Below are positions 29,052 through 38,416 of a stretch of DNA of 64,000 nt, piece by piece; positions within the stretch are counted from its first letter, which is position 1; each line of letters begins with the position of its first letter. The position numbers and the translations under genes are program-made. The notes under the pieces are model-generated. The model saw only the letters and a list, made by a program, of their open reading frames with translations. It ran no database searches and was not told the origin of the DNA. Source of the stretch: an uncultured candidate division Zixibacteria bacterium (GTDB lineage Bacteria; Zixibacteria; MSB-5A5; GN15; FEB-12); contig CAWDXE010000007.1 of assembly GCA_963806185.1 (NCBI GenBank), positions 672,001-736,000 on the forward strand, given 5' to 3'.

Positions 29052-31451
29052 TCACTCAGCTTTGGCTTCCTCGGTCGATCCACAGTTACGCAATTGGGTA
29101 TAGGAGATGAACAGCGATTCCACCAGCGCCGACAGGTCGGCAATGTCCACCGCGCCATCCGTAGAACCGTCAACGTTCGCCGCCTCCGAACAGCAAAGGG
29201 CACCGTTGGAGAGGAAAAGGTGATCTATCAGCGCCGTGAGATCACCGATGTCACACGTTGCGCCGGCGTCACAATCGACATTCCCCACTCGCCCGATACA
29301 GCACTCGCCGAGCTCCGGCACGACAACCTGCACCGATATTCGCGCCGACTCAAGCATTGACAATGCACCCATAGGCGACCCACGATCGAAAGCCGCGACC
29401 GCCAGGTCATAAGCTATTCCTGGAGCAACATCATGAATCACCAGTTCGTAATCGTAGAACTTGAAATCCCCTTCTGGGTCAAGGTAACGGTCGGTGGAGT
29501 CTGCCGGCACGTCGTCGGTTCGACGGTACGGCGGGCGAGGGGCGTCAGGATATCGTTTCGTAATTGGTGTCTCTTTCCCGAACCTGGAAACGTTACACCC
29601 AACCGGCAGGAAATACATAAACGAATCGGCCGTGGCCATCGGACTGATCCGGGTATACGCCAGCGGAAACCAGATTGAATCAGTTTCGCCGTCAGGGGCA
29701 TAGCGCGCCCTAAGTTGCTCCGCGCTATAAACCCGCCGGTCGCACTCCCACGTGCGTTGTCCCTGTTCCCAATAATAGCGGAAGTAGTCTTCGGCGTCCC
29801 ATTGCGCTACCTTCACCAGACTATCCGCCGAGCTATCGAATCGCAGATAGACGTTGTACCCCTCAAAATCGGCTGCTCCGGACACCCGGTCTATCGACAT
29901 CTCACTCTCCGTGCCATTCCATTGCACGATCAAATCCGTTCCGGAAGAAAACGCAGCGACTGACGGCGCGGATGGAGGGACGTCGGCAACCAGATCCGGC
30001 ACGCCGTCACCCTCGTACCAGGCCGTGTCGCCATCGCATACTCGAAACTTGCCCGCGTACCCGTCGCCGTCGGTATCAAAGCCCGGGTTGTCGTACACCC
30101 ATCTGCTCATCCGCGCGTTGCGGGCGAGATCATCGAAATTGAGATTACTTGTGTACGTCCACGGGTCGAGAGGAAGATTCTCAAGGTTTGTCGGATCGAC
30201 ATGGAAATTGCGCCCGCCGACGTAGGCGAACACGAATCGCATCGAATCGCCGGGGAGCAGGTCGAAAGGTCCGCACGAGATCAAGTAGCGCGCATCGTAA
30301 CCGTTGGCATAATCGAGTATTGGCACCCTGTCGCGGGGATAGGCCCAGATCGAATCGAAGGGATCGACCGAAGCCACATACGCCATGTCGTAGTCAAACT
30401 CCCGATGGCGCATCACATAATACTTGTTCACGTCCCGAACCGGTGTTCCTTCGCCGCCCGTACCGAAATCGCGGTACGGATCAACGGGCCGGCCGATCAT
30501 CCTTGGACCAAAGTCGCGGTTTGGATCGCCGTTGCTGATCCACCAGTTGAATGATGAAACCGGCCCCGACTGTGACACGTCAATAGGCACGGCCGCCGTC
30601 ACATTTGGGACGGGCAACGGACTGAGCGGGGGCCGATTGTACAAGTCGCCGTCATTGTCGGCCAACCAGGCAACTGGAATTGTGTCGACGCCGCAACCGT
30701 TCGGGTCGGGATGAAACTGTGAAAACCCGGTCAAGTCATCGGAATACCCTTCCTGGGTACCGATGCCATACACGTCGTTGTCAAAATACAGCCCGAGATA
30801 TCCTTGCGAGATCGGTTGTGTGCCTATGTGGAAGAAATCGAGCACCACGATGACAAAATCACTGGCATGCAAATATGACCAATTGTACGACGATTGCCGA
30901 ACGACCAGCCCAAGCGGGATGTGATACCTATTCTCATCTCGAGGAATGGATCTACAGTCGGTGCACGTATCGGCGTACCAGGCAACATAGTCCTGGTGTG
31001 AAACGGCATTCTGCCGGTTAAGCGGATTCGTGCTTGTTGTCGAATGGTACGCAATCGGTGGAACGTTCCCAACCGGCCGGAATTCATTGCCGCCGGCCCA
31101 TCCCTCTACAGATGTGGATATAAGCGTATCTACACCGACTACCCCTCCGATCCAGATGCCGCCCCAGAAGGTATACTGAGTGCGACTGCCAATGGGATAG
31201 TGGCAACCATCCAGGTACTGCCCGGTGAATATGTCCTGTACAGCCGTATAATTACCGGCGGCGAGAACTCCGTCATTGCTAATGCCGAAGCTGAATGCCC
31301 CGACATTGTGTTCGGCGACTGCCGGCGTAATGGCAGTAGGCGCAATGCCCGATAGATCGAATCCCGCTTCCGACCTGGCCACAGCGATTTCAGATTGCGA
31401 TAAGAATGCCAGCACGACTGCCAGGAAGAAGATCCGCGCTTGACTACTCAT
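29052..31451 (-). CDS. Large secreted protein, type B copy 1, C-terminal dockerin-like domain
   Basis: Signal peptide, HNVG...YPIGS..Y.F.GGIWIG, DNDGD, DTDGDG, FnIII-like DFEGYNVY region, CCIGRVGNVDCD..DIGDL / NVDGS..DIADL. Confidence 0.82.
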   Translation of the reverse strand: MSSQARIFFLAVVLAFLSQSEIAVARSEAGFDLSGIAPTAITPAVAEHNVGAFSFGISNDGVLAAGNYTAVQDIFTGQYLDGCHYPIGSRTQYTFWGGIWIGGVVGVDTLISTSVEGWAGGNEFRPVGNVPPIAYHSTTSTNPLNRQNAVSHQDYVAWYADTCTDCRSIPRDENRYHIPLGLVVRQSSYNWSYLHASDFVIVVLDFFHIGTQPISQGYLGLYFDNDVYGIGTQEGYSDDLTGFSQFHPDPNGCGVDTIPVAWLADNDGDLYNRPPLSPLPVPNVTAAVPIDVSQSGPVSSFNWWISNGDPNRDFGPRMIGRPVDPYRDFGTGGEGTPVRDVNKYYVMRHREFDYDMAYVASVDPFDSIWAYPRDRVPILDYANGYDARYLISCGPFDLLPGDSMRFVFAYVGGRNFHVDPTNLENLPLDPWTYTSNLNFDDLARNARMSRWVYDNPGFDTDGDGYAGKFRVCDGDTAWYEGDGVPDLVADVPPSAPSVAAFSSGTDLIVQWNGTESEMSIDRVSGAADFEGYNVYLRFDSSADSLVKVAQWDAEDYFRYYWEQGQRTWECDRRVYSAEQLRARYAPDGETDSIWFPLAYTRISPMATADSFMYFLPVGCNVSRFGKETPITKRYPDAPRPPYRRTDDVPADSTDRYLDPEGDFKFYDYELVIHDVAPGIAYDLAVAAFDRGSPMGALSMLESARISVQVVVPELGECCIGRVGNVDCDAGATCDIGDLTALIDHLFLSNGALCCSEAANVDGSTDGAVDIADLSALVESLFISYTQLRNCGSTEEAKAE

Positions 31452-33309
31452 GCCCCCTCCTCTCGGACGCCGAATGCGGCGCCGTCGGTGCGAATGGTAC
31501 CACCAGCCAGTTCAGTACGCTGTCGACCGTTGTCTGCAGTACCGAGTCGTCCTTCATGAATAACGGGGTGAAGTTGAAAACCACCACCCTGAAGTCGTCG
31601 CGGTCAAGTCGATACCCTACCGGTCGCCCATGGAAATCAAAGGGCGCCGAAACGTACGGGTGAGCCCCGTCATATTTTGAATCATACGTGTACAGCACTT
31701 CGGCCTCCGGCACCGGATCGATGGAATTCACCTCCGGAGGGCAGGCCACCGTGGGTACCCAGTCATAGTTCCAGGCATAACGCGAATGGAGCAGTGCGGT
31801 GTCGACAACCAGATCCGGCCAGCCCGGGAGCGTAGTCGATCTCGCCGCTTCGAAATCCTCAATCCGCTGAGGCACGGCCGGGTACACTTGCCACCACTCC
31901 CAGCCGCTGTAATAGTAATTGGTAGCGCCAAAGTAGTACTGGATGCCGGTAGGGGTTGTGGACGCGAAGCTCTTGACGGTCGGCGGTACGGCTTCACCGC
32001 CGACAAGGGAAGCACGGCTCGTCAACCAGACCGACGTGCCCGCTCGCATGGCCAGAAAGAATTTCTCCCGCACCGAAACGGCGGAGAGTATTGTCGTCAG
32101 CACATCATCGCCGTACAAGATGACAACTTTATGCGACATGATCAGCTCGATCGGCAGTACCGAACCACTGGGCGAATCGGGTGAGTAGAACCGATACGAG
32201 GCCGTCGGCGACCAGGCGTTGACCGCCCGCTGCCAGTAATTGCGCGCCAGGGTCCGATTCTCTCCGTTCACCGAATAGGCCACGTTGATGTCGATTACAA
32301 TGACATCGTTTTCGAACTGCGCATCGTAGACAATCAGCGGTCGAATCGGCGGCGTAGGATCTACGAGTGTGCTGTCGTCGACATCGCGCGCGCGCGCCCA
32401 GAAAATGAACCACCATTTGCCGGTCGTGTCGTTCGGAAAATCAGTGAACACGTCGTATAGCGTATCCGCACCGGCACTTGTCCATCGTTCGCCGTGGATC
32501 TCGCTCGATGCTGCGATACGGTTGTACCGCCCGTCTCCGGCAAACAGGGGGTCACCTATCATCAGGCCGTCGCCTACCCAGCCGTAACTACCTGTGTTGT
32601 TTGGCTGCGTGTCGATATTAATGGAGTCACAATCAATGAGCGGGCCTGAATCGGTGGGGATAGTATCGCAAACAAGGAACTTGGTACCGTTGCCGCGAGG
32701 CAGCACCAGCCCGTCAAACGACGTGAACAGCGATCTCACAAAATGGGTCGTGACATACTGATACGTTGCGCTGTCATACGGGCCGTACAGGCGCCACTCG
32801 CATTTCAAGGTGCTCGGATCGTAGGGGTGATCCAACCGGTCTTCTGCCGACCACTGGGCAGGTATGCCGCCGCCTCCTTGTTGTGCTCGCGGATTGATGA
32901 CGTATTCGGTGAGATAGCCAGGTGCCCCGCCAAGAGTCGTGTTCGGCGGGTGATTGATTGGTCCGGGACAGCCGGGTAGCGGCTGGAAGGAAATGAACAA
33001 ATGATGCACCAGTGCGGTCAGGTCACCGATATCGACATTGCCCTGCGGGTCGCGATCGAGATTGGCCTGCTCAGGCGAGGGGAGTGCTTCAAACGTCAGG
33101 TACAAGTGATTGATGAGCACTTGCAGGTCGGCGATGTCAACTTCATTGTCGGAACTGCAATCGATGTTTCCGATGTGCTGCGCACAGCAACACCCGTCGG
33201 GCGACTGAGCACAGTTGATCTCCGAATGCAGGTTTCCAGACCACAGCAGGAACACGGCAAACACCATCGGCCAGACATTCCCGACGGCGGCAGGTTTGCG
33301 GAATTTCAT
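31444..33309 (-). CDS. Large secreted protein, type A copy 1, N-terminal dockerin-like domain
   Basis: Paralog of 27042..28976 (NCAQSP.GCCC, YSGWEW, GWPDLVVDT, CPPEVN, GYRLDR shared). Confidence 0.82.
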   Translation of the reverse strand: MKFRKPAAVGNVWPMVFAVFLLWSGNLHSEINCAQSPDGCCCAQHIGNIDCSSDNEVDIADLQVLINHLYLTFEALPSPEQANLDRDPQGNVDIGDLTALVHHLFISFQPLPGCPGPINHPPNTTLGGAPGYLTEYVINPRAQQGGGGIPAQWSAEDRLDHPYDPSTLKCEWRLYGPYDSATYQYVTTHFVRSLFTSFDGLVLPRGNGTKFLVCDTIPTDSGPLIDCDSINIDTQPNNTGSYGWVGDGLMIGDPLFAGDGRYNRIAASSEIHGERWTSAGADTLYDVFTDFPNDTTGKWWFIFWARARDVDDSTLVDPTPPIRPLIVYDAQFENDVIVIDINVAYSVNGENRTLARNYWQRAVNAWSPTASYRFYSPDSPSGSVLPIELIMSHKVVILYGDDVLTTILSAVSVREKFFLAMRAGTSVWLTSRASLVGGEAVPPTVKSFASTTPTGIQYYFGATNYYYSGWEWWQVYPAVPQRIEDFEAARSTTLPGWPDLVVDTALLHSRYAWNYDWVPTVACPPEVNSIDPVPEAEVLYTYDSKYDGAHPYVSAPFDFHGRPVGYRLDRDDFRVVVFNFTPLFMKDDSVLQTTVDSVLNWLVVPFAPTAPHSASERRGHE

Positions 33310-33433
33310 CTGGACTCCTCAATGCCGGGTTCGACACGGCACCGATTAGTATTATTTCTAAACCCGTTCTTCCCGTTGACCAGGTCCGACCGGACCTAGC
33401 GATGTGACGATTGAACCCTGGCGTGCGTGTAAT

Positions 33434-33466
33434 AAAAAATCTCGCTACCCTAAAAGATAGCGAGAT
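33434..33466 (-). terminator. Rho-independent terminator after multiheme operon
   Basis: ATCTCGCTA / TAGCGAGAT stem followed on minus strand by a T-tract. Confidence 0.65.
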
Positions 33467-33494
33467 ATCCACTATAGTCAAGGGGTGTATGACG

Positions 33495-35057
33495 TCAGGA
33501 TTCGTGGCACCCCGCGCACACGTCCTTGTTAATCTGGGTCTTGCCGTGCTCGGTCACAGAATGACATGAGGCACAGGCGACTTCCAGGTCAGTGGCATGT
33601 TGCAGATGGGGGAGGGACTTGCCTTCATATGTGACCGTCTCAGGCAAGGATTTGGCATGGCAGAAGGTCAGGCAGCTGTTCTCAGGCTTGACAGCTGCAC
33701 CCACGTCGGGCATCTGATACGATGGCTTGATCGCCTTGATGGCTTTCTCAAGTCGTGCCGCCGATGAATTCATCAGATACAGCGAATACCGGATATTATG
33801 GGGCAAGTGGCTGTCGCGAATGAAGTTGAAATTTGCCTCGGCGTCGGCCAGCGCCGCCCTGGCCGTGTTGCCCCCGAGCGAAGCCACGACGGGCCGAACG
33901 GCTGACAGGTATTTCTCATAATCGGCCAGCGCCTTCCTGCTCCCTTCAAGCCAGTTGTCAAACATCAGATCATACCCTTTGCCGTGACAGGTCACGCAGG
34001 AGGTCCGCTGGGCTTCTTTCTTCTCCTGGTGTGCCAGCGGCTGTCCCTGCGGTGTCAGGTGCGTATGACAGCCGGTACAGGAAACCTGGGCGAGGAACAT
34101 TTCGCTGGGCATGTCCAGGGTGTCCTTACCGCCGATGCCCATGTAGAGCTGCTTGGGGCCGTTGTGCTGGCGCAGGTGGCAGCTCTCACACTGGATATCC
34201 AGCGACGAAACCATTTCGAAATTGCCGTGCTCCATGTCTGAATGACAGCGGAAACAATCGATGCCGTTGGTCGTCACGTGTATCGCGTGGAGTTCTTCCA
34301 GAGTGTGGTCCTGACGGGATCGCTCGACGTGACAGGAATAGCATTTTGCCTCCGGTACGGCGCCGTCTCCTTTGACAATCTTGGTGTGGCACTGCTTGCA
34401 GGCCACGTTCTGCTTGATGTATGGTGCATGGTCGAAAGTGAATCCGGCATGCTGCACCGTGGTCGTAGGCATGCCGTGACAGGCGTCACAACCGGTAATC
34501 GCTTCACCTTCTCCGGCGTCCTTGAAATGGCATATGAAACAACTCTTGTTGTTGACCGCCATCTGACCGTGCGATATCTCATCGCTGAACTGAACGATTT
34601 GGTTGTGGCACGACGTACACCTGAGTTTCTCGCCGCGCAGCGTCTTGCCGAAATGCACCGTGTGGTCAAAGGTGATGCGCGTTCCGTATTCGGCCTTGCC
34701 TTCCAGCAGCCGCTGCTCGTGACATCCGGACGCCAGACAGGCATTGTCGTCGACACTTGCCGTCGGTCGCATTGAGTAGGTGTTGGTCCAGTACTTCAGG
34801 GTCGACATCGCCAGATCGCTTACTCCGTAATTGGTATGGCAGTCGACACAACTCACCTGGGCGTGCCCTGACGCTTCCCAGTGGCGGACGTAGGGATCCA
34901 TGTAATGGCAGTTACTGCAGAAGGATGGGCTGTTCATGCGCCACGACGTGATGCCGATGGCAATGACCACCAGCAGGACAACTCCGGCGCCGGCGATGAG
35001 CAATCCCCTCCGGTGGTCCTTGAAAATCGCCAATACATCTCTAGTGAATTCGCGCAT
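33495..35057 (-). CDS. Membrane-anchored multiheme cytochrome c with NapC/NirT-like N-terminus (13 CxxCH + CX4CH + CX3CH)
   Basis: N-terminal TM, FCSNCHYM..W..S.H..V.CVDCH; CLASGCH and CLTFCH non-canonical motifs. Confidence 0.88.
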   Translation of the reverse strand: MREFTRDVLAIFKDHRRGLLIAGAGVVLLVVIAIGITSWRMNSPSFCSNCHYMDPYVRHWEASGHAQVSCVDCHTNYGVSDLAMSTLKYWTNTYSMRPTASVDDNACLASGCHEQRLLEGKAEYGTRITFDHTVHFGKTLRGEKLRCTSCHNQIVQFSDEISHGQMAVNNKSCFICHFKDAGEGEAITGCDACHGMPTTTVQHAGFTFDHAPYIKQNVACKQCHTKIVKGDGAVPEAKCYSCHVERSRQDHTLEELHAIHVTTNGIDCFRCHSDMEHGNFEMVSSLDIQCESCHLRQHNGPKQLYMGIGGKDTLDMPSEMFLAQVSCTGCHTHLTPQGQPLAHQEKKEAQRTSCVTCHGKGYDLMFDNWLEGSRKALADYEKYLSAVRPVVASLGGNTARAALADAEANFNFIRDSHLPHNIRYSLYLMNSSAARLEKAIKAIKPSYQMPDVGAAVKPENSCLTFCHAKSLPETVTYEGKSLPHLQHATDLEVACASCHSVTEHGKTQINKDVCAGCHES

Positions 35058-35059
35058 GA

Positions 35060-36005
35060 TTACTTCTTTGACTTTGACTGATCAGGTGACTGGTCCAACG
35101 CTTTCCGTTCGGCATCCAGAATCTCGGCATACTCGAGCGGATGGTGGTGTTTCATCTCGGCCTCCGACAACTTCCCGTGCCACCAGACCCAGCTCATCGG
35201 GAAAACATCAGGATTGAAATGCACATTGTAGAAATGCCACACGATGATGGCCAGCGTCGCCAGCAGGCCCTCATCGGAGTGGGCCTCGCGGGCGATATCG
35301 AAAATATTCTTGGGGAAGATCTCCTTGAACCAGAGGATCAGCCCGGAGCCGATCATGACCACCATGCCCCAGTAGACCGCCCAGTAGTCGAATTTCTCGA
35401 TGAAGGAGAAGCGGTGAAATTTGGGGCCGCTGGCCCTTCGACCGACGTAGTACATCACCGTCTGGAATGCATCCTTGGCGTCCTGCAGCCCGGGGATCAT
35501 CAGGAAGAAATCCCGCCGTCCCATTCGCGACAGCGCAATGTACCCGAGGTGCCAGACACCGACGATGATCAGGCCGACGGCGGCAATGCGATGGATCAGC
35601 GTTGAATTGCCCAATCCGCCCAGGAGGTGGACAATGACGAACCGTGAGATCTCGAACTCCGGGAACTTAAGCGGCATACCGGTGAAAATGAGCAGAATCA
35701 CCGACATAAACATGAGCATGTGCTGCGCCCGGAAGTTCTTGCCGAATCGTATGAACGTCCGTTCCGGCGTGACTTGCGAAATCTCACGGGCGCGCTTGGG
35801 GGAGAACCGGGTCACAACCTCGTTCAGCGCTACGTTGGCCTCGAAATTGATCCGTTGCTCAATTTCATTGCGCACTTTCCCCAAATCCTCCGGCTTGATT
35901 TTCGGATCGATCAGGGGAGAGGCAGTCGTCGAGAATGTTCTCGGTCAGCTCGTCAACGAGCTGCCGGCGACGGGTGGTGAGTTCGGTTGTCGAATCTTCT
36001 TTCAT
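35060..36005 (-). CDS. Cytochrome b subunit (FdnI/HydC-type), probable frameshift near 35925
   Basis: QH, LIHRIAA, VWH, FSFIEKFDYWAVYWG, AHSDEG, WHFYNVH; likely start ATG 36005 just after upstream stop but out of frame with ORF 35060..35884. Confidence 0.85.
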
Positions 36006-36008
36006 AAC

Positions 36009-37073
36009 CTATTCGCGTTTCGCCCGGGCGGCTCTGGCGCGACGAACCAGGTCGAGGGCAATGAACACAAACAGTCCTGCCAGTGTCGCGATCGTGAGGA
36101 CGGAAAAGAACTTGGTGATGTAGTACAGAATTCCAGAATCCTTATTCTCCGGGTCGACGTGGATCGTGCCGGTGGCAAATTGCGGCGTCGCTTCCGGATG
36201 GCACCCTCCCTTGCCGCACGTCTTGACGATATTGGCCGGATTGATGGAGGACTTGGGATCCTTGGAAGGTCGAATGTCGTGATTGCCGTGACACGACGCA
36301 CAGTTGGCGACAGTCATGTTCTGCATCACGCGGGCGATTCCGTGGAACGAGTGTTCAAACGTCTTCGTCCGATCGGTTTCGATACCGTACTTCGAAACCA
36401 CCCCCACCGGCCCGTGACAATGCCCGCAGGTCACTGACACGTTGCCCGCGAATACCTGAGAGGTCGTATCGTCAGGACGGCGAATATTGTGCTCGCCGTG
36501 GCAGGAGGCACAGTCCGGTGCATCCAGATTGCCGCCTTCCAGCGCCTGTCCATGGATTGACTCCCGATACGTCGCATAAATATCGATGTGGCATTTCCCG
36601 CACGTTTTCGGTCGATTCTGCTTGAACATGGTCGACTTCGCGGATTTGGGACTCTGCACGTCGTGTGTCCCATGGCAATCCTGGCATACCGGGGCCTTGG
36701 GATTTCCTTTCAGCACTTCCATGCCGTGTACGGAGTGCTCGTACTGATCGTACAGTTCGCCTTGCGGCGCACCAACGGGGTTGCCGGAGTAGTGACACCG
36801 CTTGCAGTTGACTTCCTTGACTTCCTTGTGGGGGATCGACACTACGTCGACGTGACAATCGGTGCACTGATGCCTGGCGTGAATGGAGTTCGTGATAATT
36901 GCAGTGTCGATGAAGAGACTTACCTTTCGGCCCGATGCTTCGGTGCGGACCAGATCGTGGCGCCCGTGGCAGACCAGGCACCGCTCGACCGCCGCGGTCA
37001 GCGACGAAACAGCGGAGCAGAGTACGACCGTGGTGATGGCTGCTATCTGAAGTAGGTGCTTTGCCTTCATCAA
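36009..37073 (-). CDS. Multiheme cytochrome c (8 CxxCH + CGKGGCH), C-terminal TM
   Basis: Signal peptide, repeated S.HG....P.C..CHG.H units, C-terminal hydrophobic helix. Confidence 0.9.
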   Translation of the reverse strand: MMKAKHLLQIAAITTVVLCSAVSSLTAAVERCLVCHGRHDLVRTEASGRKVSLFIDTAIITNSIHARHQCTDCHVDVVSIPHKEVKEVNCKRCHYSGNPVGAPQGELYDQYEHSVHGMEVLKGNPKAPVCQDCHGTHDVQSPKSAKSTMFKQNRPKTCGKCHIDIYATYRESIHGQALEGGNLDAPDCASCHGEHNIRRPDDTTSQVFAGNVSVTCGHCHGPVGVVSKYGIETDRTKTFEHSFHGIARVMQNMTVANCASCHGNHDIRPSKDPKSSINPANIVKTCGKGGCHPEATPQFATGTIHVDPENKDSGILYYITKFFSVLTIATLAGLFVFIALDLVRRARAARAKRE

Positions 37074-37080
37074 CGCATTC

Positions 37081-38271
37081 CTATATTCGTTTCACCCGGC
37101 GCTTGTATTCCAGCACGCGATAAATGATGAAGATCAGGATCAGGATGGAAATAAACCAGATGTAAAACTTCCGCACATACCAGGCGCCGCCGGATGACTT
37201 CTCCTTGGCGGAGACGTGGATTGCCCCTTGCGCGAAATCAGCCGGCAGCCCCTCGTGGCATTCACCGCACGTCTTCTCGATATTCGTGGGGTTGATGGTC
37301 GAGCGCGGGTCGGACTGGGCAAAGATATTGTGCACGCCGTGACAGGAGGCGCAATTGGCTACCGTCGTATCGCCGAGCGCCGTGCCGATCCCGTGGAATG
37401 ACTCCTTGAACGTCGCAATGCGATCCGCTTTCAGACCCACCTTGGCGACAATCTTCTCCGAAGCGTGACAATCGGAACAGGTCTTCGAAACATTGGCGGC
37501 GAACACTTTTGAACCGGGATCGGACTGCTTCAGGATTTCATGCTCACCATGGCAGTTGGTGCAGGTCGGTGACTCCAGCACCCCCTTGGCAAGCGAGATG
37601 CCGTGAATTGATTCGTTGTACACGGCCATTATGTCACCGTGGCACTTGCCGCACGTTTGGGCAATGTGGGTTTTGAAAATCGGACTGTTGGGGTCATCGG
37701 CCGGAAGGAACGAGTGCGAGCCGTGACAATCGACGCAGGCCGGCGCCTGCATGTTCCCCTTGACCAGCAGGGCAGTGCCGTGCACCGAATTCTCATATGA
37801 TTTGATGCGCGCTACCGACGGCATGGCGGGCGTCTTGTCGGTCAGTTGCTGATCTTCGTGACATTTAATGCAAATGCGCGCTGAATTGGCGTGGTTGGTC
37901 TTCGCCTTGGGGTCGGCAACTGCCAGGACATCGTGCCCGCCGTGACAGATTATGCAGGTCGGCAGTTTGTCAATCCCCTGGCTGCGTCCCTTCACATGAG
38001 CTGATTGATTGTATCCTTCGGCCTCCTTGAGATGACAACGCGCGCAGAACACCGCCCGGTTGCCCGCATGGCGCGTCTTGGGATCGACCGTGTGGCAATC
38101 GGCGCAGGCCAGTCCCTGATGGATAGATCCTGCTAGGACGTCGGTATCGATTATTTGCGCCTCTGTCTTGGCCTGGTGTCCCTGGCCATGACAAGTGAGA
38201 CACTCGTCATCAGCGGCCGTTGCCGTGGCCGTCAGAACGAGAGCAACGAGAATGGCGTAGATTCTGTGCAT
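37081..38271 (-). CDS. Multiheme cytochrome c (11 CxxCH), C-terminal TM
   Basis: Signal peptide; CLTCH, CADCH, CARCH, CIICH, CIKCH, CVDCH, CGKCH, CTNCH, CSDCH, CASCH, CGECH; C-terminal helix. Confidence 0.92.
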   Translation of the reverse strand: MHRIYAILVALVLTATATAADDECLTCHGQGHQAKTEAQIIDTDVLAGSIHQGLACADCHTVDPKTRHAGNRAVFCARCHLKEAEGYNQSAHVKGRSQGIDKLPTCIICHGGHDVLAVADPKAKTNHANSARICIKCHEDQQLTDKTPAMPSVARIKSYENSVHGTALLVKGNMQAPACVDCHGSHSFLPADDPNSPIFKTHIAQTCGKCHGDIMAVYNESIHGISLAKGVLESPTCTNCHGEHEILKQSDPGSKVFAANVSKTCSDCHASEKIVAKVGLKADRIATFKESFHGIGTALGDTTVANCASCHGVHNIFAQSDPRSTINPTNIEKTCGECHEGLPADFAQGAIHVSAKEKSSGGAWYVRKFYIWFISILILIFIIYRVLEYKRRVKRI

Positions 38272-38416
38272 GCCGTTGGCTCCCAGCGCAAAAGATTTTT
38301 TTCACAAACCAGCCGGAATATATCCTGATTGTTCGCAGGGTCAAGGATAATTTGCGCGAGTGTCCATTAAAGCGATCCAAAAAGGTAAACTTTTCGATGT
38401 TGGGTGGGACTGCCGG

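Noticed and set aside
24661..33309. True cellulosome
   Set aside because: No recognisable glycoside hydrolase, CBM or multi-cohesin scaffoldin in the window
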